20,000 bases of DNA from Fimicolochytrium jonesii. Taxonomy: Eukaryota. Location of the stretch: assembly GCF_025526975.1 (NCBI RefSeq), contig NW_026515683.1, positions 670,403 to 690,402 of the forward strand, written 5' to 3'. Numbering within the stretch: position 1 is the first letter of the stretch; each line of letters starts with the position of its first letter. A program made the translations under genes and the position numbers. The notes beneath the pieces are model-generated. The model was not told the DNA's origin. It did no database searches and worked only from the letters and a program-made list of their open reading frames with translations. This document shows, piece after piece, positions 1 to 10,264 of this stretch.

Positions 1-513
1 CACGTGCTCGTCGTGGGCGCGGCGGGCAGCATCGGGACGTTTGCCGTGCAGCTCCTGAAGCATCTCGGAGCGGTGGTGACCGGGGTGGATGTGGAAGAAA
101 AGTTTGACACAATGCGCGCCGTCGGTGTTGATCACTTTGTAGACTACACGAAGGAGGATTACCTCAAATCTGGTCGGCAATACGATGTGGTCATCGACGT
201 TCCATCCACGGGCCCCTTCTCGCACCATCTACTGAAATCCGGCGGTCGGTATCTGCTCGGCAACCTCAATCTCAGAACCATGTTGCAGGGTCTCCTGTTC
301 ACCCCTTCGGACAAACGAGTGGCGTTCGAGGCCGGGAAGGGTAGTTTGGAAGATTGGGACGATCTTGTTGTCATGTTGAAAGAAGGCATTCTCAAACCCG
401 TGATGGACAAGGCGTATGGGTGGGAAGCGGCGTCTGAGGCACACGCCTACGTGGAGTCGGGAAAGAAGCGAGGCAATGTTGTCCTCGTCGTCGACGCGGA
501 TGAAAGCAACTGA
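1..513 (+). CDS. MDR-superfamily NAD(P)-dependent oxidoreductase (quinone reductase / zinc-type alcohol dehydrogenase-like), 5'-truncated by the window edge
   Basis: Frame is open from base 1 to TGA at 511-513. It has a Rossmann motif VLVVGAAGSIGTFAVQL, then DHFVDYTKED..YDVVID, and a typical C-terminus (LKPVMDKAY...AHAYVESGKKRGNVVL). No intron in the visible part. Confidence 0.9.
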   Translation, partial: HVLVVGAAGSIGTFAVQLLKHLGAVVTGVDVEEKFDTMRAVGVDHFVDYTKEDYLKSGRQYDVVIDVPSTGPFSHHLLKSGGRYLLGNLNLRTMLQGLLFTPSDKRVAFEAGKGSLEDWDDLVVMLKEGILKPVMDKAYGWEAASEAHAYVESGKKRGNVVLVVDADESN

Positions 514-1944
514 GAAGGGTCCGATCGGGGCTGGATGGCAGTTGATGGTGGACATTCTCCGCAGGTCTTATATCGGGTTTTGTCTCTACTGCTCAGCCGA
601 TCATTCGTCTTGCTGGCGTAGTTTTATTTTCCCATGTTGGTGGTTTCGTTCGAGAGCCCCACATTCCCATCAGCGCTGTATGTGCATTGAAGGCGGCTGT
701 CTGGTCCGACCATTCATTGCGGCTGCAGTCATAAGTTGAGCCTGACCCGAGCGATTTCCTGGGTACTGGGGATTTATGGTAGGGGATTTGCGGTGGGGAA
801 TTCCCCTTTGCCTTGATAGCTATGTCCGATAATACTTACAGTACGCTGCCAGATATCTCGTTACGACGGGTTGTTGATCCTCCCTGTGCAACCCAGAAGT
901 CACCGGCCAGCTGTCAGTCCTGTCCTGGGCCAGCGGTCGTGCTGAAAGGGTTTGCATGGGGGTCGGCCACTTGGGTTCACAGGACTCCACTTCATTTACA
1001 AGAACGCCAAAAACCGTGTGTGTTTCGTGTTTTGAGCCTGTGATTATGTCAGCCATCATCATGACTCACGCAACAGAAAAGGCCACCGCAACAGCTGCAA
1101 CGCACGCCTTTCCCTTTTCCATCTCATCCTCTTGCGTTTACCGAACTCGGCATTTTCCCTTTGAATGGGAACGGTGACTCCGGTAATCCGGAGTATAGCA
1201 CCGTTCGTTGGTTCATAAAGCGTGAGACTGAACGAAGGAAGAAATCCGCGCCAACTTTTTCGTGTTTTTAGCCAACGGGCGTTGAAAATGTTCGCCGTAA
1301 CGCTGATGGGTATCTTTTTGTCGGCGGACTGATGTACATATATGTACTCTCCGTGGTCTCCTATATACGCTGGTTATCAAATGTACATCGAAATCGCTTC
1401 CGCAATAACCGATGGGCGCGGTGTTCCTTCTCAGCACGCAGTGGGCTGCCTTCTTGGTCTCCGCTTGCCGTCTTTCGCCAGCCCAATATCGATCGCCGCA
1501 TGCCCACATAATGCCCACATTATTGAAGTCCTCTGCTCATCAAATCCTGACAATCTGCTCAGTGCTGACTCGGAGAAAAACCCTCAACGACGCCAACCAC
1601 ATTCTGGATAAGCAGTGTAACAAAGCCATCGATCTAAAAAATTCCACCTTTTGCGCACGAAATCTTTGAGTGCCAAACGAGGCTTCCAACCCTCCGAAGG
1701 CTTGTTCATGCGCGTTTTTAAGAGACCACTCGTTGATCTTTTCCAATTGGGAAGAAAACTTCCTAGCGTACATCAAATATTCATCAATCTATTGGGGTCT
1801 AGCTCTTTCAACGCAACCACCTACACCCCTTAATACACCTCAGACACCTTTTTTTTTCGGGTTCCCGATCGCACTGGCGATGGCTTGCGATAGGCAACGC
1901 TTGGACTCTCCACATTGCGGAGTTTAGATCCCACCATGACGCGT

Positions 1945-1951
1945 TATAAAA
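1945..1951 (+). promoter_or_regulatory. TATA box of the BBE-like oxidase gene
   Basis: TATAAAA about 70 nt upstream of ATG 2022, followed by a C-rich leader. Confidence 0.6.
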
Positions 1952-2021
1952 CCTCAACGAAAGCAAGCTCCACCCCTCTCATCCCCATCCCGGCAGTCCT
2001 CCACCAACAGGCCCCACAACG

Positions 2022-3557
2022 ATGCGCTGCCCACAAACAACTACCGCCTTCGCGCTGTTGCTAGCTACCGCCGGCCTCATCTCCACCGCCATCGGTGCCG
2101 CCGTCGACCCGGCAGCCAGCCTGCTCACCTGCCTGCAATCGATCCCCGGCACACCTGAGCTCGTCGTCCCATCCTCTACACCAGGCGCCTACGCGAACGA
2201 GAAGAACGGGATCAACATCCACCGCCAACGGTTTCCTAACGTGATCCTCTACGCCACGGGCGAGGAGCATGTGCAAGGCGCCGTGAACTGTGCCGTTCTT
2301 AACCATGCTGTCCCCGTCGCCCGATCCGGCGGCCACTCCTACGAAGCCATGTCATCCTTCGACGGCAAAACCTCCGTGATCGTCGACGTTTCCTCTTTGA
2401 CAACCGTGCGAATTGATGAGCAAGAACACACCGCCGTCGTCGGCGCCGGTATCCGCCTCGGCAACTTATACGCCTCACTCGGTCGACAAAGTGACCCGTC
2501 CTGGACCTTCCCGGGTGGCACCTGCCCGACCGTCGGGCTCGGCGGCCACAGCGCTGTGGGCGGCTACGGCATGTTGGCGCGCAAGTACGGCATCGCCGCC
2601 GACCACGTCCTCGAGTTCCGCGTTGTGAACGCCAACGGCACCGTGCTCATCGCCAACAAATCGCAGAACCCAGACCTGTTCTGGGGTCTCCGCGGTGGAG
2701 GCGGCGGCAACCTGGGTATCGTCACGCAACTCAAACTCTCCCTCGTCTCCGCACCGCAGAACGCTATCGGTGGGATTGGCTACCGCCTGGATCAGCTCCC
2801 CCAAGTCGTCGACCTCTTCCAGAAATGGATCCCCACCATGCCCGCGGAACTCACCGTGCAACTCACCCTGTGGGCCGACAATCCCTACCCCGGCGGATTC
2901 GGGTTCAACGTCCACTACCTCGGCACCACCGACCGTCTCCAGCAACTCCTTGGCGAAGCGGGCTTCTTCTCCATCCCGACCCTTGGATCGGGGTTCCAGC
3001 AAGTTAGCGTCGTGCAAGCGCGCGCGGCCACAGCAGGCGTGGCTTCCGACACTCCCGACGCCGCCATCAACGCCTTGCAGAATCCGACGCGGTTGCAGGC
3101 GGCGTGGCGGACGAACCGCAAGTTGACGGCGGAGTATTACCACCAGAACCTTGACATGACCACGTTGACACGGTTGACGCAGGTTCTGAGGGAGATCCCC
3201 GCCGAGGCGACGGGCGTGCTCGTGCAGTTCGAGGCGTTTGGCCCGCAGAGCGCTCTCTGGGCCGTCCCCACCGACGCCACACCGTACCCACATCGCGCGG
3301 GCACGCTCTTCAGCATCCAATACGGCGTACAATACCCCGTCGACAACACACAGACGTACCCATCCGTCGACGCCTTCTACGCCAAGCTGAAAGCCACGCT
3401 GGTGCCGTTGGCGAGTGGGTTGCATTATGCGGGGTACATCGACTCGGATTTCTCGCCGGCATCGCATTATGGCGGGAATTGGCCGCGGTTGGTGCAGGTC
3501 AAGAGGGCGTATGACCCGTTGAACGTGTTTTACAATGAGATGTCGCCGAAGCCGTAG
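2022..3557 (+). CDS. Secreted FAD-binding oxidoreductase, berberine bridge enzyme-like (FAD_binding_4 + BBE; AA7-like), 511 aa, intronless
   Basis: Hydrophobic signal peptide (AFALLLATAGLISTAIGA). RSGGHSYE carries the covalent-FAD His and GTCPTVGLGGH the second, Cys linkage. Also GGYG..ARKYG, DLFWGLRGGGGGNLGIVT and the C-terminal BBE motif YGGNWPRLVQVKRAYDPLNVF. Confidence 0.95.
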   Translation: MRCPQTTTAFALLLATAGLISTAIGAAVDPAASLLTCLQSIPGTPELVVPSSTPGAYANEKNGINIHRQRFPNVILYATGEEHVQGAVNCAVLNHAVPVARSGGHSYEAMSSFDGKTSVIVDVSSLTTVRIDEQEHTAVVGAGIRLGNLYASLGRQSDPSWTFPGGTCPTVGLGGHSAVGGYGMLARKYGIAADHVLEFRVVNANGTVLIANKSQNPDLFWGLRGGGGGNLGIVTQLKLSLVSAPQNAIGGIGYRLDQLPQVVDLFQKWIPTMPAELTVQLTLWADNPYPGGFGFNVHYLGTTDRLQQLLGEAGFFSIPTLGSGFQQVSVVQARAATAGVASDTPDAAINALQNPTRLQAAWRTNRKLTAEYYHQNLDMTTLTRLTQVLREIPAEATGVLVQFEAFGPQSALWAVPTDATPYPHRAGTLFSIQYGVQYPVDNTQTYPSVDAFYAKLKATLVPLASGLHYAGYIDSDFSPASHYGGNWPRLVQVKRAYDPLNVFYNEMSPKP

Positions 3558-4219
3558 AGGATCTTCCATCGTGGTTTAGAACCCACGTAGCTGGGCTGGC
3601 CCCATCTTTGTAGCTTTCTGGCCGCACCCCAGGCTTTAGATTATAGTTCGCACATACCCCCATCCACTATTCATGTATTCAATTCTTGCAACGTTGGCGT
3701 AATAGTCCGAATGTCATACTGTACACACACAACCATGCACGGTATAAAGCTCTGCCCAAGTTTCTCGTGAACAATAACGTCAACATTCGCAACTTTTTTC
3801 TGGATGCGGTCTGTGTCCGGCGTGCATGTGTTGCATGTAGGTCTCGCCTCCCTTGAACGCTTCCTCCCAAAAAAAACGCGTGGGAAGTAGTCGCTTACAA
3901 ATCGGCGTAAGGCACGCGAACGCGCTTCTTACGCGTGTTCCGCAGCGCCGTTCATGAACTTCCACTTGAATTGTTTTGGGCGTCGGGCCACAAAAATAAA
4001 GTTGGCGATGGAAAGAAAAGTGGGCAACTGGGCAAGGGGAAGCAAGAATCCCAGGGATACTAAATGCGTACAGCTCGCTCTTCGCATTAGAAATCCAGCC
4101 TATGCCCACGACGACGACGGCGGCGAAGGTTCTCCTACTCAACAATCGTTCGCATGTCGAGGATTCTGGGGCTCAAGATCTCTCACTTCATGAGCAATCC
4201 TTCAGTTCGATGCGGCGCT

Positions 4220-4226
4220 TATAAAA
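4220..4226 (+). promoter_or_regulatory. TATA box of the MFS transporter gene
   Basis: TATAAAA about 100 nt upstream of ATG 4329. Confidence 0.6.
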
Positions 4227-4328
4227 GCCGGGGCCGGCTGCCACTGTCGTTGCGTTTGCAGTATCCAGCGCAGCATCCAACGCAACGGCCTTCATCCCTC
4301 TCATTTTCAGAACTCTAGTGGAGCCGCA

Positions 4329-6073
4329 ATGCCGAAGAAAGACCCTCAACTCACAACAACATCCCTGGATGCAAGCAACGAGACGAGGTCTGACGATGTC
4401 AAGGTCACAGACGTGCCACCATCACTAGTCCAGGACGACATGACCTTCAGCGGGCCGAGTAAGGAAGACGCCCGGGGGTCCCCCCGCCCATCGGTCGAGT
4501 TACCCAGAGCCACTTTCCTGTGGATCATGGTCGGCATCTGGGTGGGCAACTTCGCCGCGTTTTTCAATGAGACGACTGCCACCACGTAAGTTTGCCTCCT
4601 GCTCATGACTCACATCGCCACGGGAAACTAAAATGGATGCGTTCGTCCCTGTTCAGAACGATGCACGCAGCCAGCCAAGAATTCGCAAAAGAGCAACAAA
4701 TGAACTGGATCGCCACCTCCTACCTCCTCGGCTTCACCGTGACGCAAACCCTGCTCGGCAAGCTCACCGACATCTTCGGCCGCCAGACCATGTTCAACAG
4801 CACACTTGTCGTTTTCTTCGCCGGCACACTCTGGTGCGCGTTAGCACAATCCATGTCCTCGCTGATCGTCGCGAGATTGCTGCAAGGCATCGGGGCAGCG
4901 GGTCGTCAGACTGTTGGACTGATTATCGTTCTCGACACCACGACCCCGTTGACGCGCGGGACATGGCTAGGCCTATTCAACATGTCGCTATCGTTCGGGC
5001 TCGCGATTGGGCCATATGTTGGCGCGGTGCTGTCCGTGCACACGACCTGGAGATGGACGTACTGGATTACTTTGATGCTGAACGCCATCACCTTCGGCAT
5101 CGCGGTCATGTTCATGCGGTTCCCGCCCACCAAGGGTTCCATCCGGTCGAAATTACGTGAAGTCGATTATGTGGGGTCGGTGTTGGTGGTGGGCATCGCG
5201 GCGTGTATTTGCATCGCAATCGAACTAGGTGGACAGGAATACACATGGTCGTCGCCGTTCATCGTCATCCTCTTCGTCGCCGCCGCGGTGCTCATCCCTG
5301 TATTTTGCTACTGGGAACTCTTCCGCGCGCGTCAGCCCGTTGTCGATCTCCGCCTCTTTAAGCGGTGGAACATTCCCTTTGCCGTCGTCCTCAACTTTGT
5401 CTGCGGCGCCGCGCTGTTCGGCTCCGTGTTCTACTTGCCCAAATACTTCCTCAACATCAAGGACGCGTCACTCGAAGCGACTGGATTACAGATGCTAGCC
5501 CTCAATGTCGCGGCGGGGATCTCCTCCGTCGGGGGCAGTCAACTGATCTCGCGGACGGGACGTGTGCGTCTCATCGGCGTGCTTGGCGCCGCGCTCGTTT
5601 GCGCGGGATCGGCGGCTATGCTCGCCGCCAACGAGACCAGCCCCATCGGCCTCGCGTTGGTGCTCAGCATCCTCATGGGCCTTGGCGTCGGCATCCTCTA
5701 TCAGCCCGCGGTGGTCGTCGGGCCTATGAGCGTGCAACCGCATGAGGTTGCGGGGATCAGCGGGTTTCTCAGTTTCATCCGCACACTAGGTGGAACGTTC
5801 GCCACGGCGCTGTTGACGTCCATCTTCACCACGATCTTGAAGAAGGACTTGCAGGGCGTGCTACCGGAGGATGTCCTTGACACCGGGTTGCAGTTGGCGG
5901 ATCACCATGCGCAATACCCGGAGGAGAACTCAGCCATTATTGCGGTGATGGTGAAGGCCTTCCATATCGGTTACGTTCCCGTTATCGTGTTTTCGGTACT
6001 CTACGCCGTGTCCGTGGCTTTGCTTCGGAATGTGGACTTTGTCGTGAAGCGTACGCCTGCTTCCAGGGTTTGA
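4329..6073 (+). CDS. MFS drug:H+ antiporter, DHA2 (14-TM) type; join(4329..4585,4657..6073), 557 aa
   Basis: A 71-nt intron at 4586-4656 (GTAAGT...CTAAA...TTCAG) joins the two ORFs in frame (NETTATT-TMHAASQEF). Motif A GKLTDIFGRQ, WIATSYLL, ARLLQGIG, GLAIGPYVGA, WRWTYWI, VDYVG, PVVDLRLF and RTLGG are all present. Confidence 0.93.
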
Positions 6074-6757
6074 TCTGGGCGCTAGCTTCCCCCTGTCCCA
6101 TCCGTAGTGAGACCCTCGAAAACTATCTACTTGTTCCTGTTCTTTGCTATCCCCACCACCAGTACTAAACCCATTCTGCATGTACATTCTCCTGTCACAA
6201 CCAATACCAATATGCCCTATCGGAAAGCGCCTTCGAGAAATGCGGGGTTTACATCCTCTCATACCTGAAGCAATAGACGCTATGTAGGAAAGCTCCTCCA
6301 ACGACTGCTGCGTTTAGTCAACGTACGCCCATTCCCTTCCATGCGCGAGATGCGCGGTGTCCAAGTACCTGACAACATCCCGTAAAATCTCAACAATAGT
6401 TGCGGCGCGGATAGCCTCGCCGACGAGTCGCCGTGCCTTCGAGCTGTCGCCTCCTCGCCACCACCTGCTCCGTGGAGGCATACCTGTGATCCGAGCGTCA
6501 GGATACCGAGGTCTGGATGACCATCGCGAAGGAGAGTTTGAGGGACACTTAGGGCGTCCAAAAAAAACAAGTAGGCCTGGAACAGACAAAACTCCGCTGG
6601 GCCTCAACCCCTTGCAATTTCCGGCAAAACAGCAACCTGCATTAGACTCCCCTGGCAGGAGTGAGAGGAGAGGGACAGGAGGTGGGAGCGTGGATTCACT
6701 TCCTTGGCCTTAGTAAGAGGGATGAACGCGTCAAAAAGGACACGGATTGTGCTGGGA

Positions 6758-6798
6758 TGGAACATTGGGAACCCCAGTCTGAATCTCCCAATGTTCCA
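6758..6798. repeat. Perfect 13-bp inverted repeat (hairpin) with a 15-nt loop
   Basis: TGGAACATTGGGA (6758-6770) and TCCCAATGTTCCA (6786-6798) are exact reverse complements. The hairpin lies between the convergent MFS and hydrolase A genes. Confidence 0.85.
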
Positions 6799-7249
6799 CA
6801 AGCGTACTGTATATCCTAGACTATAGATATAAATGGTGGCGCGCAAGATGAAACGCCTCAAGCTTTCCTAGTCTCTGCCGTCGCTACATGGTGTTTGTCG
6901 TTTCTTACATGAAGGGTGGACCACCCGTTGCTGCTCGTATTTGGCATCGTCCTTCATGTCCTCTATGTGGGCGTGAACTCTTGATATCGCCCTCGTCGAC
7001 GGGATCCGCCATGCCCTACTTTGACTCTTTACGGATTGGTAGCTTGCGAGCATGAGACGGCTGAGGGATATGTCTCGAGGGGGCCCGCTCTTGATGTGCA
7101 GCGGGCCTTATCTCCAAGTTCCTGGCAATGAAGCACAGGACGTGCATGTCTTTACGTTTCGCCAACCAGCTGAAGCTTCAGATAGTCACTTGTATCAATA
7201 CGATTACGCCGTCCAAATTTCGCCTCGATCGTACGCTAATATGCTCTAC

Positions 7250-9000
7250 CTATTCCGAAGGCTTTACAGCTTTCCTTTTTAAGACCGTCCCGCTCTTTGT
7301 TGACGTCCTCACAACCTTTCCATCCTCGCGTTGAAACGTAAACACCAACGCCGGAGCGTCAATCTGGTACCACACCTCCTCATCTTGCGGCGCAAACACC
7401 ATCTTCTTCTCCGCCCGTTTCCCCTTGGCGTCAATGATAAATGCGTCCAGAACGTCGCGCCCTTTGTCATCCTTGGCGGGCTCGAACTCGATTGCGATCC
7501 CTTTTGCGGCGTTAGCGTACTCACCCGCGAGGCTGGCGAGAACGTCGGGGGAAATGGACCCGAGGCGGATGAGATCTTCTGGTGGGGCTACCTCTTCACC
7601 GGCGTACAGTTTGGGGAGGGTGGAGTAGATGTCGCCGACACCGCAACCACCATTGTTGGCGAGGACGATGACGATGAGGGAATCCTGGATGCCGGTTGAA
7701 GAGGCGTCGTCGGAAGTCTCCTCGTTTGCCGTCGATGTGTTGGCAAGCTCGATGCGACCGACCTTCGAGACGAAGCCTGGGGGTGAGACGAATGAGGATA
7801 AGCACGAGTGAAAACAGAGAGAGGTAAATGTAGGTTCAACGGCGTCCCCGGGAACGGGACCGCCGTCCAAAAGAACCTGCACACATGAGGAAGCTGAAGC
7901 TCGCGGGACGTTTGAACGCACCATTTATGGAACCACCGTGCTCGATGCGACGGAGCCCCGTCGCATCCATTTCACACATCAGGCCGCAACCCCACCATGT
8001 GTTCTCGTTCTTGGGATCAGGGAACACAGCGGGAACATTATACATGCGGTCCAGCGATTTCTGGCTCAGCAGTCGACCGGGTTCGGCGAGCGCGACGGTC
8101 CAGCGATGCAGATCACCGACGGTTGAATACATGGCCCCGGCGCCGAGGGGAAAGCCCATGTCCACATACGAGGCGTTCTGAATTTTTCCGTCTTCCAGTT
8201 CGTATCCGCTTGCACGGTGTTTCAGCAGCTTCGAAGAGACCTCTACGCCAGTGTCGTTCAGACCGAGCGGCTCCAGAACCTCCTTGCGCAGGACATCGAC
8301 CCAGCCCTCGCCCGAGACGGTCTCAATGAGGACGGTCAGCACCTGATAGTTCGAGTTGGAGTAAGCGACTTTTGTCCCCGGTTCGAACTCAAACGGCAAG
8401 TCCTTGAAATAGGCGAGCGTGTCCACAGGGGCGGCATGCAGTTTGCGAGCAATGGCGCTCTCGTATTCCGGCAAATCGGTGCAATTTGGTAGCCCGCTTT
8501 GGTGGGTGAGGAGGAGGAACGCTGTCAGGATATCGCCTTTGTCGGCAGGGAACACTGGGGAGGACAGGTATGTTGACATGGGGGCGTCGAGGTCCAGCTT
8601 TCCTTGCTCCACCAGGCGAAGGACGGCCGCCGCTGTGAACTGCTTTGTCACACTGAGCACCTAGGATCAGCGTCGTGCGAAAGACATTCCTCGCCTGCAA
8701 AAGCGATCTCACCTGCCGATCCTGAACTTTGTGTCAATGGTATTTGGCACGTCCCATTCTCGATTGGCGAGCCCGTACGCCTTGGAGAACAGAACTTCCT
8801 GGTCGTCTCGACCGGACCCTTTTGCAACGAGGACTGCAGCCAGTTTCAAGGAGGTCAGTGAATCGTCGTGCACAAGCGAGAAACCCTTAAGAAGACAACT
8901 GCAGCTGCTGCCGTCACATACCAGCCCCAGAGTAGTGTCTCTTCTGAGCGTGAGCTTCAATGTAGGCCTCGCAGGCCTGCTGGAAGGTGGTCTTGGTCAT
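7250..9000 (-). CDS. Beta-lactamase-family (AmpC/CubicO-like) serine hydrolase A with a C-terminal DUF3471-like domain; complement join(9000..8922,8833..8713,8652..7922,7776..7250), 485 aa
   Basis: Three GT-AG introns (8834-8921, 8653-8712, 7777-7921) restore a single frame: MTKTT...YSGAV|LVAKG...GLANREWDVPNTIDTKFRIGS|VTKQFTA (SxxK), LLTHQSG, FEPGTKVAYSN (YxN), GAGAMYSTVGDL, HGGSING|FVS, VIVLAN, then LASLAGEY...FAPQDEEVWY...FTF. Confidence 0.92.
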
Positions 9001-9363
9001 GGTGTGGGTCGTTTTCGATAGGTACAGGACAGCTTCGATGGAGATGGTCACTTCTGTTCAGTCGCTTGCGGGAGAGGACAAGGCCCAGCGGGCTTGCTTT
9101 TATGGACGGTGGCCCAGCAGTTTACACTGCCATACAGGAGCCGGTTGGGAGCGGAGTAGACGGTGGACCAGCCATCGAACTTTCGATTCTCGTTGGCGTT
9201 GTAAGTAGGGCGGCCGCTGGTCATGGGGAAGCTTCCACAGTGCGCATAGACTGTACGTTTGCGCAGTCCCTGGCAATAATAATGGGCTGCTTCTGAAGTT
9301 CTGCAGGCCGTCGGAACTCATTCCAGAGTATGCCTTCCCGTGTGGCCCCGGGAAGGCGATGTA

Positions 9364-9383
9364 GTATGTATGTATGTATGTAC
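9364..9383. repeat. (GTAT)n microsatellite
   Basis: GTAT x4 followed by GTAC. Confidence 0.8.
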
Positions 9384-9537
9384 GTCGAGCTGGGCGCTAT
9401 ACATGTGTATGCTCCATTCCTACAATGACGAACAAAGACAAGAACTCTCGACTACATGCTATGTCCCTCCTCGCATCCGGATTTGAACACGACGTTCAGC
9501 CGGACGGGTTCCGGATCCCCTTGTGAAAACGCTGGGT

Positions 9538-10063
9538 CTACTGTCCTTCAATACTAAACAGCTCCGACGCAGCCCTAGCAAACGGTGCCTGATGGGCGTG
9601 CCGCGGCTCGCTAAACGCAAACACACGCGCCTGCCAGTCATGCCCTTCAGCCGCATCCAGCGGAACCTTGAACCAAACTGTTCCATATCCACAAGGCACC
9701 GCCCCGCCCTTCGGCCCAAACCGGGTAGTGGGGCCGCTGCCCGTTGAACTTTTCTCGACGTACACCTCGCAGGATGATGAAGCCCACGGCGTGTAGGGCG
9801 GGGTGATGCGGGTTGCGTCCCAGTCCACAGAGACTGTTTGACCGCGGCGGTAGGTTGTGGAGGCGGTGGGGACAATGATCCGAATGGCTGTGAATGGTCA
9901 TAGGGAGAGTCATTGGTCAGTTTTGAACGGCTTGACACGCAAAGCATGGGTTATCATGCGATGGTGCACCATGCTTACAATAATCGCTGCTTTGACGTTT
10001 CGTCGCTGGAGCTGCTGAAGCGGACACGATTAGGAGAGCAGATGCCACGGCGAGGAAGTGCAT
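9538..10063 (-). CDS. Small secreted protein with a Kre9/Knh1-N-terminal-like Ig-fold domain; complement join(10063..9979,9887..9538), 144 aa
   Basis: Exon 1 encodes a signal peptide (MHFLAVASALLIVSASA) and a propeptide ending in KR-Q. A 91-nt intron (GTAAGC...CTGAC...CACAG) joins it in frame to IRIIVPTASTTYRRGQTVSVDWD...GTVWFKVP...G.DWQARV...SELFSIEG, which follows the P..G...W...W.VP...S..F.I pattern of that domain. Confidence 0.8.
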
Positions 10064-10220
10064 TGTCAGATGCATTATAAGTCAGAGGAAAAATCTCGAA
10101 AGGAACTTCTCCAAACCGTAAGCGCAATAGTATTCGAAAATGCGGGCGGTGCGGAAATGATCGGTGCGTTGAACCAAAGGACTAGCGGGTTGGCAGCCAT
10201 GATCGCTGAAGCCCTTCTCC

Positions 10221-10227
10221 ATTTATA
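10221..10227 (-). promoter_or_regulatory. Candidate TATA box of the small secreted protein gene
   Basis: TATAAAT on the minus strand, about 160 nt upstream of ATG 10063. Confidence 0.4.
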
Positions 10228-10264
10228 GGCGTGCTAGTGAAGTCCGCATGCCAAAGCACCTGCC

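Noticed and set aside
1177..1194. ACTCCGG-N4-CCGGAGT palindrome as a Zn2Cys6 binding site
   Set aside because: A single 7-bp stem is expected by chance, and no cognate factor is present in the window.
820..1830. Minus-strand fragments including a kinase-like VVALKEL
   Set aside because: No other kinase motifs, many stops and no coherent gene model.
2475..3569. 364-aa antisense ORF, and similar shadow ORFs over the MFS and hydrolase genes
   Set aside because: These are antisense or alternate-frame artefacts of GC-rich codon usage in real genes, with no recognisable motifs.
6314..6716. Yap response elements TTAGTCA (6314) and TTAGTAA (6710)
   Set aside because: They lie between convergent 3' ends rather than in promoters, so they do not support direct regulation of the cluster.
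5930..7053. Possible decayed minus-strand gene (…VRYLDTAHLAHGREWAYVD*TQQSLEEL…)
   Set aside because: There are protein-like patches but no recognisable family and no consistent exon chain.
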